Origin: a bacterium
Lineage (GTDB): Bacteria; Zhuqueibacterota; Zhuqueibacteria; Oceanimicrobiales; Oceanimicrobiaceae
Length of the DNA stretch: 24,100 nucleotides
NCBI GenBank assembly: GCA_046757025.1
Contig: JBHHXN010000074.1
Span: 1-24,100 of the forward strand
Reading direction: 5' to 3'
The notes under the pieces are model-generated. The model was not told the DNA's origin, did not search any database, and saw nothing but the letters and a program-made list of their open reading frames with translations. Made by a program: the position numbers and the translations under genes. Below, piece after piece: positions 7,700-16,781 of the stretch (position 1 is the first letter of the stretch; the number at the start of each line of letters is the position of its first letter).

Positions 7700-9778
7700 T
7701 CAACGGTACGTTCGATTGGCTAACCAGGTTTCCCCGATCAAAAGCAAAACCACCGCCAGCAGCGCCAGCCGCCAGAGTTTCTGATGCCGTTCTTTTTCGA
7801 TTTCTTGCAGGGGCGACGACAAGGCAGCGGTTTGCGGTTCGGGGTCTGCTTCCGAGGTGATTTGACTCTGAAGTTCTGCTAAATTTAGCTGCGTCAAATC
7901 GGCTTCTGTCGGGTCTATGTTGACCGCAAATGCTGCCAGCGCCCGCTTGCGCCCTTTGCGCAAAATGCGGTAAATTCCCAGCGTGGCGGTGTTTTTAAAC
8001 AGCACCTCTTTCAGATCGACTTTTTCACCATCCGGTTTCGCCACTTCAAAGTGTACCTGGTTGTTGGCGGTGCTGGCAAAATTGTGCAGTGCCACGGGCT
8101 GCCCCACCAAATACGACCTCTGGCCTTTTTCCTGTGGCGCGATATGCTGCAGCGTCTGGTAGAGGATGGGTAGAAATATCGCTTTCACCGGCAGATTATT
8201 CCACTCGGCGTCCAAACTGGAGGTGAAGAGGACGACTTTGCCATCCCCAACATGGCGCTCTAAAACCGCCGGACCACCGTCATCGTACGAGGCCAACACC
8301 GACGAAGCAGCGTACGGCTGAGTGTAGTAATACTGGTAAAATTGCGCGGTGCCGGGATCGCCCTGACTGGCGTCTGAAAATATCTTGAAGATGGGATGCT
8401 GATAATCGGTCTCCGCTAAAATCACGCTGTTTTCACGATTGACGGAATCAAAAGCCAAATTGTTGATGGTCGCCGGCGAGAGCTCCTGAAAAAGGCGATT
8501 GTAGATTGTTGGGTTCACGCGATCTCCCAAGGCGATCAGCAGCCCGCCGCCATTGCGCACGTAATAATGCAATTGCTCCAGAATGGTCCTTCCCATATCT
8601 TTCACGTTGGCTAAAATCACCGTCTGGTAATCGTTAAAATCCACATTGTGCAGTTGTTCTGGCGTAGTGTTCGTCAACTTGAATTTTGAGAGTTTTGGCA
8701 GATTGAGCGCCCGATCGAGGTAGAACAACTCGTCTTTGATGACGTCCCGTCGGTCCGGCTCGCCGTCCACCGCCAGAATTTGCGCCTGGTTTTGCTTCTC
8801 GATAACAAAATAATGGTGATTGTCTTGCCACAGTCCGTCCTTCTGAGCCCGAATTTCCACGTGCCCGGTGACCTGTCCTTTAGGAATCCGCACATTCGAA
8901 AATTGCACAATTTTTTCTTCATCTGCCGCAAGCGACACCTTTCTCTGTGCCACTTTGCGCTGGTTGATATGCAGAAGGACAGTGGCTTGTCTCTTTTTCC
9001 CGCCGTAATTTTTAATTCGCACCAATGCGTTCTTATTTTTGCTCGATTTTCTGGTAGCTGAAATATGGACTTCTTTAATGGCCAGGTTGGTATGGTTTTC
9101 AGGAGCCACATCCATAAAATGTAAACGAATGTCCGGCACGACGCCGATGTTTGAATATAAAGTGGGTAAGCCGCTTTTCTGGAAATCGGAAATGAGGTAC
9201 ATTTCTTTCAAATTAAAACCCGTATCCAGCAGGTAAGTCTCGGCTGACTCGATGGCGATCAAATAATGGGTGCCGAAATTGGTAAGCGGAATTTTGCTTT
9301 CGATTTCGTTTTGGGTTAAAGCGTAATTTGAAGTCATCTCGCTGATGATTTTCGCGCTTTCCGCAAAGGACATGATGGCGACCTTGTCACCCGGATTAAA
9401 AGAAGCCAGCACCTTTCTGGCGTTTTTAATTGCTTCCTGGAACTTTTCTCCGTAATCCATGCTGTATGAGTTGTCGATCAAAATCACTGCGGCTTTCGGT
9501 TGCCGGCTCCAGATGCTGTCCGGATCGGTATTGGCGAAATAGGGGCGGGCAAAGGCCAGGGCTAACAACGCCAGCGCCAAAATGCGCATGAGCAAAAGAA
9601 GAAGCTGTTTGAATTTTTGTGACTTGACTTTTTGATTCGGATGGATCTGCAAAAAACGCATGGCGGCAAACGGCAGTTTCACCGCGCGATTGCGTTTGAT
9701 CAAATGGATGATGATGGGAATGCTGGTGGCTACCAGTCCCCACAAAAAGAGAGAATTTAAATAAGTCAATCCAAACAT
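7700..9778 (-). CDS. BatA-type N-terminal double-TM + vWA + Ig-like + GATase-like protein
   Basis: IPIIIHLIKR...FAAMRFL...LLLLMRILALALLALAFARP (BatA N-terminal domain), MIDAS IDNSYSM and ISDFQ, GGGLLIALG, HPIF, and a C-terminal TM LWRLALLAVVLLLIGETWL. Confidence 0.9.
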   Translation of the reverse strand: MFGLTYLNSLFLWGLVATSIPIIIHLIKRNRAVKLPFAAMRFLQIHPNQKVKSQKFKQLLLLLMRILALALLALAFARPYFANTDPDSIWSRQPKAAVILIDNSYSMDYGEKFQEAIKNARKVLASFNPGDKVAIMSFAESAKIISEMTSNYALTQNEIESKIPLTNFGTHYLIAIESAETYLLDTGFNLKEMYLISDFQKSGLPTLYSNIGVVPDIRLHFMDVAPENHTNLAIKEVHISATRKSSKNKNALVRIKNYGGKKRQATVLLHINQRKVAQRKVSLAADEEKIVQFSNVRIPKGQVTGHVEIRAQKDGLWQDNHHYFVIEKQNQAQILAVDGEPDRRDVIKDELFYLDRALNLPKLSKFKLTNTTPEQLHNVDFNDYQTVILANVKDMGRTILEQLHYYVRNGGGLLIALGDRVNPTIYNRLFQELSPATINNLAFDSVNRENSVILAETDYQHPIFKIFSDASQGDPGTAQFYQYYYTQPYAASSVLASYDDGGPAVLERHVGDGKVVLFTSSLDAEWNNLPVKAIFLPILYQTLQHIAPQEKGQRSYLVGQPVALHNFASTANNQVHFEVAKPDGEKVDLKEVLFKNTATLGIYRILRKGRKRALAAFAVNIDPTEADLTQLNLAELQSQITSEADPEPQTAALSSPLQEIEKERHQKLWRLALLAVVLLLIGETWLANRTYR

Positions 9779-9781
9779 GAT

Positions 9782-10675
9782 TTAGCCCTTTTTGCTGCGA
9801 TACGCCAAAAAACTAAACAACGCGAAATCGAGTGGTTTGGAAGTGTTCAGGACATGATAGTCGATTTTCAATCTGCCACACTCCCTTTTAAAGGTGTCGA
9901 TGTGCTCGTTTAGATTTTGCAGATACGTATCCCGCACCAGAGATGGGATGGCGACAAATTGCGCCGTGCCTTCCAGGTCGATAAACTTGGTGGCGTTTTC
10001 GAAGGGGAAATTCAACTCGGTTTCGTCCATCACATGAAAAATGATGACATCGTGCCCTTTGAAGCGAAAATGCTGCAATCCTTGCATCACCGTCTGCGGG
10101 TCGTCCAAAAGATCGGAGATCAGGATCACCATGCCTTTCTTGTTCAGCTTTTCCGCCAGCTGGTGCAAAGGAATGGCTATTTTCGTCTCCTGTCCTTTTT
10201 CTAATTTTTCGAGATAGCGCAAAATCGAAAGCAGGTGTCCTTTTTTATTTCTCGAAGGGAAAAATTGTTTGATCTCCTGATCAAAAGTCACCAGACCCAC
10301 GCCGTCGCGCTGTTGAAACATGAGGTAGCCTAACGATGCCGCCACGTACGAGCCGTATTCCAATTTCGAGATGCCTTTGCTGGTGTAATTCATGGATGAG
10401 CTGATGTCCAGCAAAATATGACAGCTCAAATTGGTTTCTTCTTCAAATTGTTTTAAATAGTAGCGATCGGAGCGTGCGTACACTTTCCAGTCGATGAAGC
10501 GGGTGTCATCGCCGGGGGCGTATTCCCGGTATTCGGCAAACTCCACGCTGAATCCGCGATACGGGCTGCGGTGCAATCCGGAAATGAATCCTTCCACCAC
10601 GGTGCGGGCGCGCAGCTCCATGCTGGAGATTTTCGAAAGAATTTTGGGCTCTAAAAACCGCAATTGATTGGACAT
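9782..10675 (-). CDS. DUF58 family vWA-like protein (MoxR partner)
   Basis: GLHRSPYRGFSVEFAEYREYAPGDDTRFIDWKVYARS...KQFEEETN, MIDAS LLDISSSM and ILISDLL; immediately downstream of moxR. Confidence 0.95.
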   Translation of the reverse strand: MSNQLRFLEPKILSKISSMELRARTVVEGFISGLHRSPYRGFSVEFAEYREYAPGDDTRFIDWKVYARSDRYYLKQFEEETNLSCHILLDISSSMNYTSKGISKLEYGSYVAASLGYLMFQQRDGVGLVTFDQEIKQFFPSRNKKGHLLSILRYLEKLEKGQETKIAIPLHQLAEKLNKKGMVILISDLLDDPQTVMQGLQHFRFKGHDVIIFHVMDETELNFPFENATKFIDLEGTAQFVAIPSLVRDTYLQNLNEHIDTFKRECGRLKIDYHVLNTSKPLDFALFSFLAYRSKKG

Positions 10676-10836
10676 GTGTTAGGCACTCAGAATTTTGCAG
10701 TTACATAGATTTTTTATTTCGGATCAAAGGTGTCAATCATTTTCACGCACAGTCGCTAAAACCAATAGATTTCGCAAACAATAACCCGGTGAAGTTCTGC
10801 TGAACTGTCAAACGCGAAATGTTCCTCATCCTGTAA

Positions 10837-11865
10837 TCAAATACCGGATCGGGGTTCGGGCACCGTTTCCAGCAGTCGATTGATGATATCCACCGAGGTG
10901 ATTTTTTCGGATTCCGCATAGAAATTGGTTAAAATGCGGTGCCGTAAAACCGGCAGCGCCAGCGCTTTGATATCTGAAATCGAAACGTTGTAGCGGCCTT
11001 CCATGATGGCGCGCGCTTTGCCGCCCAGTATCAAATATTGCGATGCGCGCAGTCCCGCACCCCAACTGACCCAATTTTTCACAAATTCCGGATTCTTGTT
11101 ATTGGTGGGCCGGCTGGCGCTCACCAGGCGCACCGCATACTGCGCCACTCCTTTTGCCAGCGGCACTTTGCGCACGATCTTCTGATATTCCATGATCTCC
11201 TGGCCCGAGATGACGCTTTGCAGGTCCGGCACATAATTCGAAGTCGTGGAGGTCACCACTTCCACTTCTTCCTCTTCCGGCAAATAATCCATCACAATGT
11301 TGAACATAAAACGATCCAGTTGCGCCTCGGGCAGGGGGTAGGTGCCTTCCAGCTCGATGGGATTCTGCGTAGCCAGTACAAAAAAGGGCTCTTCGAGATG
11401 GTAGGTTTTTCCGCCGGCAGTGACCCGGTGCTCCTGCATGGCTTCCAGCAACGCCGACTGGGTTTTGGGCGGTGTGCGGTTGATTTCATCGGCGAGGATG
11501 ACGTTAGCAAAAATGGGTCCTTTGATGAAATTGAGCGTTCTTCGGCCGGTGGTTCGGTCTTCCTCGATGACGTCGGTTCCGATGATATCCGCCGGCATGA
11601 GATCGGGTGTAAACTGAATACGGTTGAATTTCAAATCCAGGATCTCCGCGATGGCTCGTATCAGCAGGGTTTTCGCCAGCCCGGGCACGCCGGTGATCAG
11701 ACAATGCCCGCCTGAAAACAGCCCGATCAACACCTGCTGGATCACTTTGTCCTGGCCGGTAATGGTCTTTTTGAGCTCGGAAATGATTTTTTTGTTGCCC
11801 TCTCTGAGCCTTTCTACCAGCACCAGATCTTGTTTTTGTTCCGTTAATCTTTCGAAGTCCGACAT
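10837..11865 (-). CDS. moxR: MoxR family AAA+ ATPase
   Basis: Walker A GVPGLAKT, RIQFTPDLMPADIIG, Walker B ILADEINRTPPKTQSALLEAM, ATQNPIELEGTYPLPEAQLDRF, VLRHRI; SD GGAG upstream of the ATG. Confidence 0.97.
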   Translation of the reverse strand: MSDFERLTEQKQDLVLVERLREGNKKIISELKKTITGQDKVIQQVLIGLFSGGHCLITGVPGLAKTLLIRAIAEILDLKFNRIQFTPDLMPADIIGTDVIEEDRTTGRRTLNFIKGPIFANVILADEINRTPPKTQSALLEAMQEHRVTAGGKTYHLEEPFFVLATQNPIELEGTYPLPEAQLDRFMFNIVMDYLPEEEEVEVVTSTTSNYVPDLQSVISGQEIMEYQKIVRKVPLAKGVAQYAVRLVSASRPTNNKNPEFVKNWVSWGAGLRASQYLILGGKARAIMEGRYNVSISDIKALALPVLRHRILTNFYAESEKITSVDIINRLLETVPEPRSGI

Positions 11866-11928
11866 ATCTTCTCCATTTTAAAATGCTTTTCTCAGGACGA
11901 TTGACTTTTTAGTGTCTGAACGAAATCG

Positions 11929-12032
11929 ATTCCTCTGTTTCACGAAGGCTTCCGGGCCGAGGTTGACGCTCTGCATCTCTCAGTGGAGCCTGTCCGGAGC
12001 CTTGTCGAAGGGACGTCTTCGCAACAGAGAAT
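11929..12032. repeat. Intergenic inverted-repeat element containing a CCTTCGACAAG..CAGGC-type short repeat
   Basis: Imperfect inverted arms ATTCCTCTGTTTCACGAAG (11929-11947) and CTTCGCAACAGAGAAT (12017-12032); internal GCCTGTCCGGAGCCTTGTCGAAG (11988-12010) flanked by GGA on both sides. Confidence 0.45.
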
Positions 12033-12058
12033 GTTTTAGCTTATCCTAAAATCTCCAT

Positions 12059-12832
12059 TTAATGTGTTAATGCGTAAATAACAAAATTTATTCCTAACTT
12101 AAATGCTTCGGCTGAGTATTTCGGCGGGTAGCGCGGGTCTTTGGCGTGTTCCCAGGCGTCTCCCATGTCCATGTTGCGGATGACCAGCACCATCAACCGT
12201 TCCTGATCATCGAAGATGCCCATGCAGCGCTGGTTGATGCCGCCTTTCTCAAACGTGACGCCGCGCAGCCAGGAACCCAGACCCGGAATCTGGACCACTT
12301 CGTCGAAATCATAAAAACAGTGAAAAATTGGATGGTCGATAGGAATATCGCTGATTTTGCGTTTCGGAAAGACTTTCTTCATCTGGTGCACAAAACTTTG
12401 CCATTCGAAGGGTCCGTGAAAGTCGTCCACCATCAAAAAACCGCCGCGCATGAGCCACTCGCGCAGGCTGTCGGCCTCACTCTGGTTGAGGGTCATGAAA
12501 CCGACTTCGACCATATAGGCGAACGGGTAGCGAAAGAAATCCGAATCAAAGAACGAAAGCGACACGGGGTGGTCGGCCACATTCAACGCCGTCCAGTTTT
12601 TGAGTCCCTCCATGAAATTTTCTTCTGCTGAGGGATAATCCACTGCCCAGCTCAACCAATTGGGCCCAAAGGGATTTCGCAGGCGAAAATTCGTGCCGCC
12701 GGAATGATACTTTATTCTCACAAAAGTAAACTCATCGCCGCTGCTACCCTGTGCAAAAGTGAATGAGGGTGTTTGAAATAAAAGAAAAATTGCAATTAAG
12801 ATGCGGCCTGCTCTCAAAGATGCGGTATTCAT
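12059..12832 (-). CDS. DUF4159 domain protein (exported), paralog 2
   Basis: Signal peptide ending AQ, FTFVRIKY, WAVDYPSAE, RGGFLMVDDF, HPIFHCF, DMGDAWE, LGINFVIYALTH. The ATG at 12832 (GAAGGG upstream) is preferred over the TTG at 12844. Confidence 0.88.
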   Translation of the reverse strand: MNTASLRAGRILIAIFLLFQTPSFTFAQGSSGDEFTFVRIKYHSGGTNFRLRNPFGPNWLSWAVDYPSAEENFMEGLKNWTALNVADHPVSLSFFDSDFFRYPFAYMVEVGFMTLNQSEADSLREWLMRGGFLMVDDFHGPFEWQSFVHQMKKVFPKRKISDIPIDHPIFHCFYDFDEVVQIPGLGSWLRGVTFEKGGINQRCMGIFDDQERLMVLVIRNMDMGDAWEHAKDPRYPPKYSAEAFKLGINFVIYALTH

Positions 12833-12847
12833 TGCGCCCTTCAATGG

Positions 12848-13564
12848 TTAGTGCGAGTATGAATAGATCAAATAGTTTATTCCGAGTTTATAGGATTCGG
12901 TGGAGAACTCCGGCGTTTCGTTGGGCAACTCCCAGCCATCTCCCACATCGTTATTATAATTTATTATGACCATGATTCTATCGTTCTCATCAAAAATCGC
13001 CCAATATTCCGGAGGAACGGATAGATAAGGTGTTAGCTGGTGAATGTCAGAATTTCGTAGATCGAAAAAACAATGAAAAATCGGATGGGTTACATTCAGT
13101 TTGCGTATGGAATGATTAGGCAGCACTTTGCGAATTTCGTTGATCCAGTTCTGCCACTCAAAACGCCAGCGGAAATCGTCCACCATGAGAAATCCTCCGC
13201 GCAACAGATATTCTCTGAGATTTTTCACTTCGGCATCCGACAGGGTTAAATAGCCGATTTCGCACGCGTAGATAAACGGGTACTTAAATATTTCTTCGTC
13301 TGCAAACGTCAAAACTTTGTTATCTTCCGAAACTTTAATACTTGTGGTCGCTTTTAAGGCGGTGTACAGGTTCTTCTCTGCCTGCGGGTAATCGTGCGCC
13401 CAGAAAGGGGCGTTGGTTGAGAATCCGTATCCATAACGGATGCCGTTTTCCTGCCAGCGAATACGGATAAATTTAAATTCATCTCCTGAAGGTACTTGTG
13501 CGATTACAGCCTGGGACAACCACAACAGCAAAAACAGCAAGCAAAAAATTGGTGTGATTTTCAT
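12848..13564 (-). CDS. DUF4159 domain protein (exported), paralog 1
   Basis: Signal peptide MKITPIFCLLFLLLWLSQAVIA, FKFIRIRW, WAHDYPQAE, RGGFLMVDDF, HPIFHCF, DVGDGWE, LGINYLIY; SD AAGGA upstream. Confidence 0.9.
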   Translation of the reverse strand: MKITPIFCLLFLLLWLSQAVIAQVPSGDEFKFIRIRWQENGIRYGYGFSTNAPFWAHDYPQAEKNLYTALKATTSIKVSEDNKVLTFADEEIFKYPFIYACEIGYLTLSDAEVKNLREYLLRGGFLMVDDFRWRFEWQNWINEIRKVLPNHSIRKLNVTHPIFHCFFDLRNSDIHQLTPYLSVPPEYWAIFDENDRIMVIINYNNDVGDGWELPNETPEFSTESYKLGINYLIYSYSH

Positions 13565-13687
13565 GGTTTTTCCTTTAATTTAAGAAATGAACCAGTTAAT
13601 CCAGGTGGTGTACTACCACGGCTGTTCGTTATTTTTTTTAAGAAACCCATTTGGAACCCTTGGTGTTCTTTTTGGCTGTACGTTGCC

Positions 13688-16312
13688 TTATTCAACACAC
13701 TCGAGTAGAATGTTCTGAGCCTTTTCGAAATTCGGTGCGATTTCCAGTGCCGATAGCGCCGACTTTTTGGCTTCGGATTTTCGGCCGGCTTTCAAATAGG
13801 CTTCGGCTAAATCGCAATGCGCTCCCGCCATATCCTGTGGCTGCGTCACAAGTAAAATTTGCAGCTCGTCGATGGCTTCGTCGTAGCGTTTTTCTGCCAG
13901 ATAGGCCGAGGCCAGCATTTTGTGGACTTCGGAATCGAAGGGCGTGTTGTAAATGATTTTGTTCAGCGCAACGATGGCATCTGAGTGATTATTTACCTCG
14001 ATACAAAGTTCCGCCAGCTTCGTTAATGCTTGAGTGTTTTTCCCATTTAATGCGGTGAGCGACTTGAGCTCTGTAATCGCTTCCTGCTTCTGATGGTTCT
14101 TTAAATACAACTCAGCTAATTCGCTGTACGGATTGCTTTCATGAATGTATTGCGGAAACAGCGTTTTCGCTTTGCGCAGGTATTGAATAGCCAGCTTCAT
14201 CTGGTCGTTTTCTTTATAATACCTACCAAGCATAAAATTTAAGAACGGATTGTTGGGCTTTTTTTCGAGCTGCTCTTTTAAATAGGTTTCGCGATCCGCG
14301 GCGTGAGCTTTGAGCTGGCGCGGATCAAAGGAATAATCCACCTCATCCATACGATATGCTTGCTTGATGAACAATTTGAATTCTTCGTTTAGTGCATCCA
14401 GGTCTTTTTTGTACACTTTGTAAAAAACCTGCCCGGTCGTTAAACCGGCCTTAAACTCAGGAAATGTTTGGGTGAGCCGGCTGTGACCGTATTTCTCAAC
14501 CAGAAATTCCACCACTTTTGAAGCCTGAAAATAAGAAAGCGAAACCTGACCGGGTTTGGTGGGTCGGTTGAAGCCGCTATCCAGCTCTTTCAGGGGCAGC
14601 AGTTGGTTGCTCAAAAAGGCTTGAATAAATGGCAAATCCAGCGGCATGCTCCAGTGCGGTTTGGCTGTGGCGGTTTCATAAACCGCGATGCCTTCGGCAA
14701 GCCAGCGCGGAATGCGGTTGTCCGTTAAACGCAGGTGGCTGACGTGCACCAGCTCATGCCATAGAGTTTCACCCCAAACAAAGTCGCCTTTGCTGCGGGC
14801 ACGCGGGGAGTCCATGGCCACCACGTTGCCAAAGCATATACCTAAAAAGGCGTCCGAACCGGGCAGTCCAAAGCAGCGCACCGCGAAATCATCATGCTCT
14901 GGAAAGATTTCCAGCAGAAAAGGTTCAGCGCCGGGTGTGGGATATTTATGGGATAAATCCGCGTAACTTTCCTGTGCCAGCGCAATGGCATATTTTGATA
15001 ACACCGCATCGTCCCTTTTGTGCATGCGCACGATAAAATGGTCGGTGGTATGACTCTGGTAGTCGGGGAATTCATCGAAGAGTTGCAGCAAATTGCCAAC
15101 ATATTTGTTGAACGGATCTTTAGCAAAGGCTCGTTCCAGGGCTAGTTTGCCTTCTTTTTCTCGTCCCAATCGGCTTAAACTGGTACCCAGGCCGGAGTAA
15201 GCCGACCAGTGCTCCGGATCCAAGGCCAGGGCTTTTCGATAAAATTCCACCGATTCCTGAAACAGATAACGTCGGGCCAGAATTTCCGCCACTTGATAGT
15301 ACAAATCACCGTAGTTTGGATTAATGGTGAGAATTCGGGAGGTTTCTTCGGAGAATTTGGAATCTTCCTTGAGAAAATAAAAACAAACGGCTCTCAGGCT
15401 GCGAGTGCTTAATGCGTGGGGATTGATCTTTAGCTGGTTCTGTAATTTTTCCAGAGCGGTTTCAAAATTACCCATCAGGATTTCGAATTCTGCTAACAGA
15501 TCGAGTGCGGCAATTAAATTAGGATTGATTTTCAGAGCCAGCTCCGCCGACATTTTCGCCTTTTCCATATCCACGCGCCGCCAGCATTTTGCCAAACCTA
15601 AATGTGCGCGCGCGGCATTGGGATTGATTTTGAGGGCTTTCTCATACACCTCGAACGCGTCGGCGGTGTTGTATTTGGAAACAAAAAGATCGCCGAGATG
15701 GAGGTAGGCCGGCCAGTAGGTTTTATCCACATCCGTGGCCTCATAAAAAACGTTGCGGGCATCGTAAAAGCGCTCCAAATACACGCATGCCCGGGCGATG
15801 AAGTCCAGCTCCCGGGCGCTCAAATTGCTACGGGATCGATAATAGGTGATAAAATATTGCAGCGTGCGGCGGGCAGCTTGCTTTTCGCCCCACTGCCACT
15901 GCATGATTCCGTAATTCAGCCGGGCTGGCAAATGTTCAGGATTGACTTCCATGGCTTTCTGAAATGAGCTGCGAGCGGCGGCATAGTCGCCGTGCAGCCA
16001 GGCGATCTCCCCTTGGAGATTCAGGGCCTCGGCGTTGCCGGAGGCCGTCTTCAATACCCGCGACGCCCAATTCTCCGCTTTTGTATAATCGCCGGTTGCG
16101 AGCCATACGCGCACAAGCCCCGTTTCGGCCTCGAATGCGGTGGCTGAATTTTGAACTGCGGCTGCAAATATTTTGGCTGCTTTTTCGTACTCGCCTCGAT
16201 TAAACAAATCGTAGGCATCGCGAATTTTTCCGCTGTCCTGGGAGTAAAGTGTGGCCGCACCCACCAAAAAAAGAAAAATGAAGATGATTGAAATCAGGCG
16301 AATCGTTTTCAA
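13688..16312 (-). CDS. Exported TPR-repeat protein with a central peptidase MA (gluzincin)-like domain
   Basis: TTG start with SD AGGAG and a signal peptide; many TPR-like repeats (A...NP/DP) at both ends; HELVH (14744-14758) plus downstream PRWLAEGIAVYE providing the third zinc ligand. Confidence 0.88.
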   Translation of the reverse strand: MKTIRLISIIFIFLFLVGAATLYSQDSGKIRDAYDLFNRGEYEKAAKIFAAAVQNSATAFEAETGLVRVWLATGDYTKAENWASRVLKTASGNAEALNLQGEIAWLHGDYAAARSSFQKAMEVNPEHLPARLNYGIMQWQWGEKQAARRTLQYFITYYRSRSNLSARELDFIARACVYLERFYDARNVFYEATDVDKTYWPAYLHLGDLFVSKYNTADAFEVYEKALKINPNAARAHLGLAKCWRRVDMEKAKMSAELALKINPNLIAALDLLAEFEILMGNFETALEKLQNQLKINPHALSTRSLRAVCFYFLKEDSKFSEETSRILTINPNYGDLYYQVAEILARRYLFQESVEFYRKALALDPEHWSAYSGLGTSLSRLGREKEGKLALERAFAKDPFNKYVGNLLQLFDEFPDYQSHTTDHFIVRMHKRDDAVLSKYAIALAQESYADLSHKYPTPGAEPFLLEIFPEHDDFAVRCFGLPGSDAFLGICFGNVVAMDSPRARSKGDFVWGETLWHELVHVSHLRLTDNRIPRWLAEGIAVYETATAKPHWSMPLDLPFIQAFLSNQLLPLKELDSGFNRPTKPGQVSLSYFQASKVVEFLVEKYGHSRLTQTFPEFKAGLTTGQVFYKVYKKDLDALNEEFKLFIKQAYRMDEVDYSFDPRQLKAHAADRETYLKEQLEKKPNNPFLNFMLGRYYKENDQMKLAIQYLRKAKTLFPQYIHESNPYSELAELYLKNHQKQEAITELKSLTALNGKNTQALTKLAELCIEVNNHSDAIVALNKIIYNTPFDSEVHKMLASAYLAEKRYDEAIDELQILLVTQPQDMAGAHCDLAEAYLKAGRKSEAKKSALSALEIAPNFEKAQNILLECVE

Positions 16313-16489
16313 GGCGCTCCTTTGTTACCACGGTTTTTTATGAAAAACAGTCATGAATCCTTAAAAATTCCGATTAAAATCAGGCGGGTCATCGATTTAA
16401 AGGTTATTGTAAAATGAATCGGACCGCAATTTGAGGTGATCAAAAAGTTATAAATGATACGTGATCATTATTAGCAAGGTTCCTGTCTT

Positions 16490-16518
16490 AAAATAAAATC
16501 TTTGCAACTAAATTGCAA
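16490..16518 (-). promoter_or_regulatory. Candidate sigma70-type promoter for the nine-gene cluster
   Basis: Minus strand TTGCAA-N17-TATTTT in an AT-rich divergent intergenic region; overlaps a TTGCAA-N5-TTGCAA repeat. Weak consensus only. Confidence 0.25.
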
Positions 16519-16781
16519 GAAAGTTCGTCAAATTTACAAGATCTTTCATTTTGTGCTTCTAACTGAATAACTTCTGTTGTAGATTTTCTTCTAACTGCTG
16601 GAATTGAAGTGATTAGAACAGGCAAAAGAAGAGGAAATCATTTTCAAGAATACCTAACCCGGCCTGGCCGGAACCTTGAAATAGGCTCACAAAATTGAAC
16701 GGCCACCAAAAGTCAAAAATTGCTTTTTGTGAAAATTCGGATTTGTGTCCTGTTTTCTGGGCTTTTCAAAGAGGTGCCATC

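Noticed and set aside
10678..10684. GTTAGGC matching the integron core site GTTRRRY
   Set aside because: No paired RYYYAAC or L boxes at a suitable distance; a chance 7-mer.
791..11865. Interpretation as a MoxR-vWA ternary conflict/defence system with a caspase effector
   Set aside because: The components are exported or membrane-anchored BatA/DUF58/DUF4159 types, the caspase-fold protein lacks the Cys, and there is no variable effector or NTPase-fused vWA; this fits a Bat-like envelope cluster better.
768..16260. Numerous short antisense or out-of-frame ORFs inside the nine-gene cluster
   Set aside because: Shadow ORFs of long, motif-supported minus-strand genes, with no independent evidence.
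16642..16681. Small GC palindrome CCGGC-CTG-GCCGG within TTTCAAG..CTTGAAA
   Set aside because: Short, single in this window and without a U tract; cannot be assigned as a terminator or repeat.
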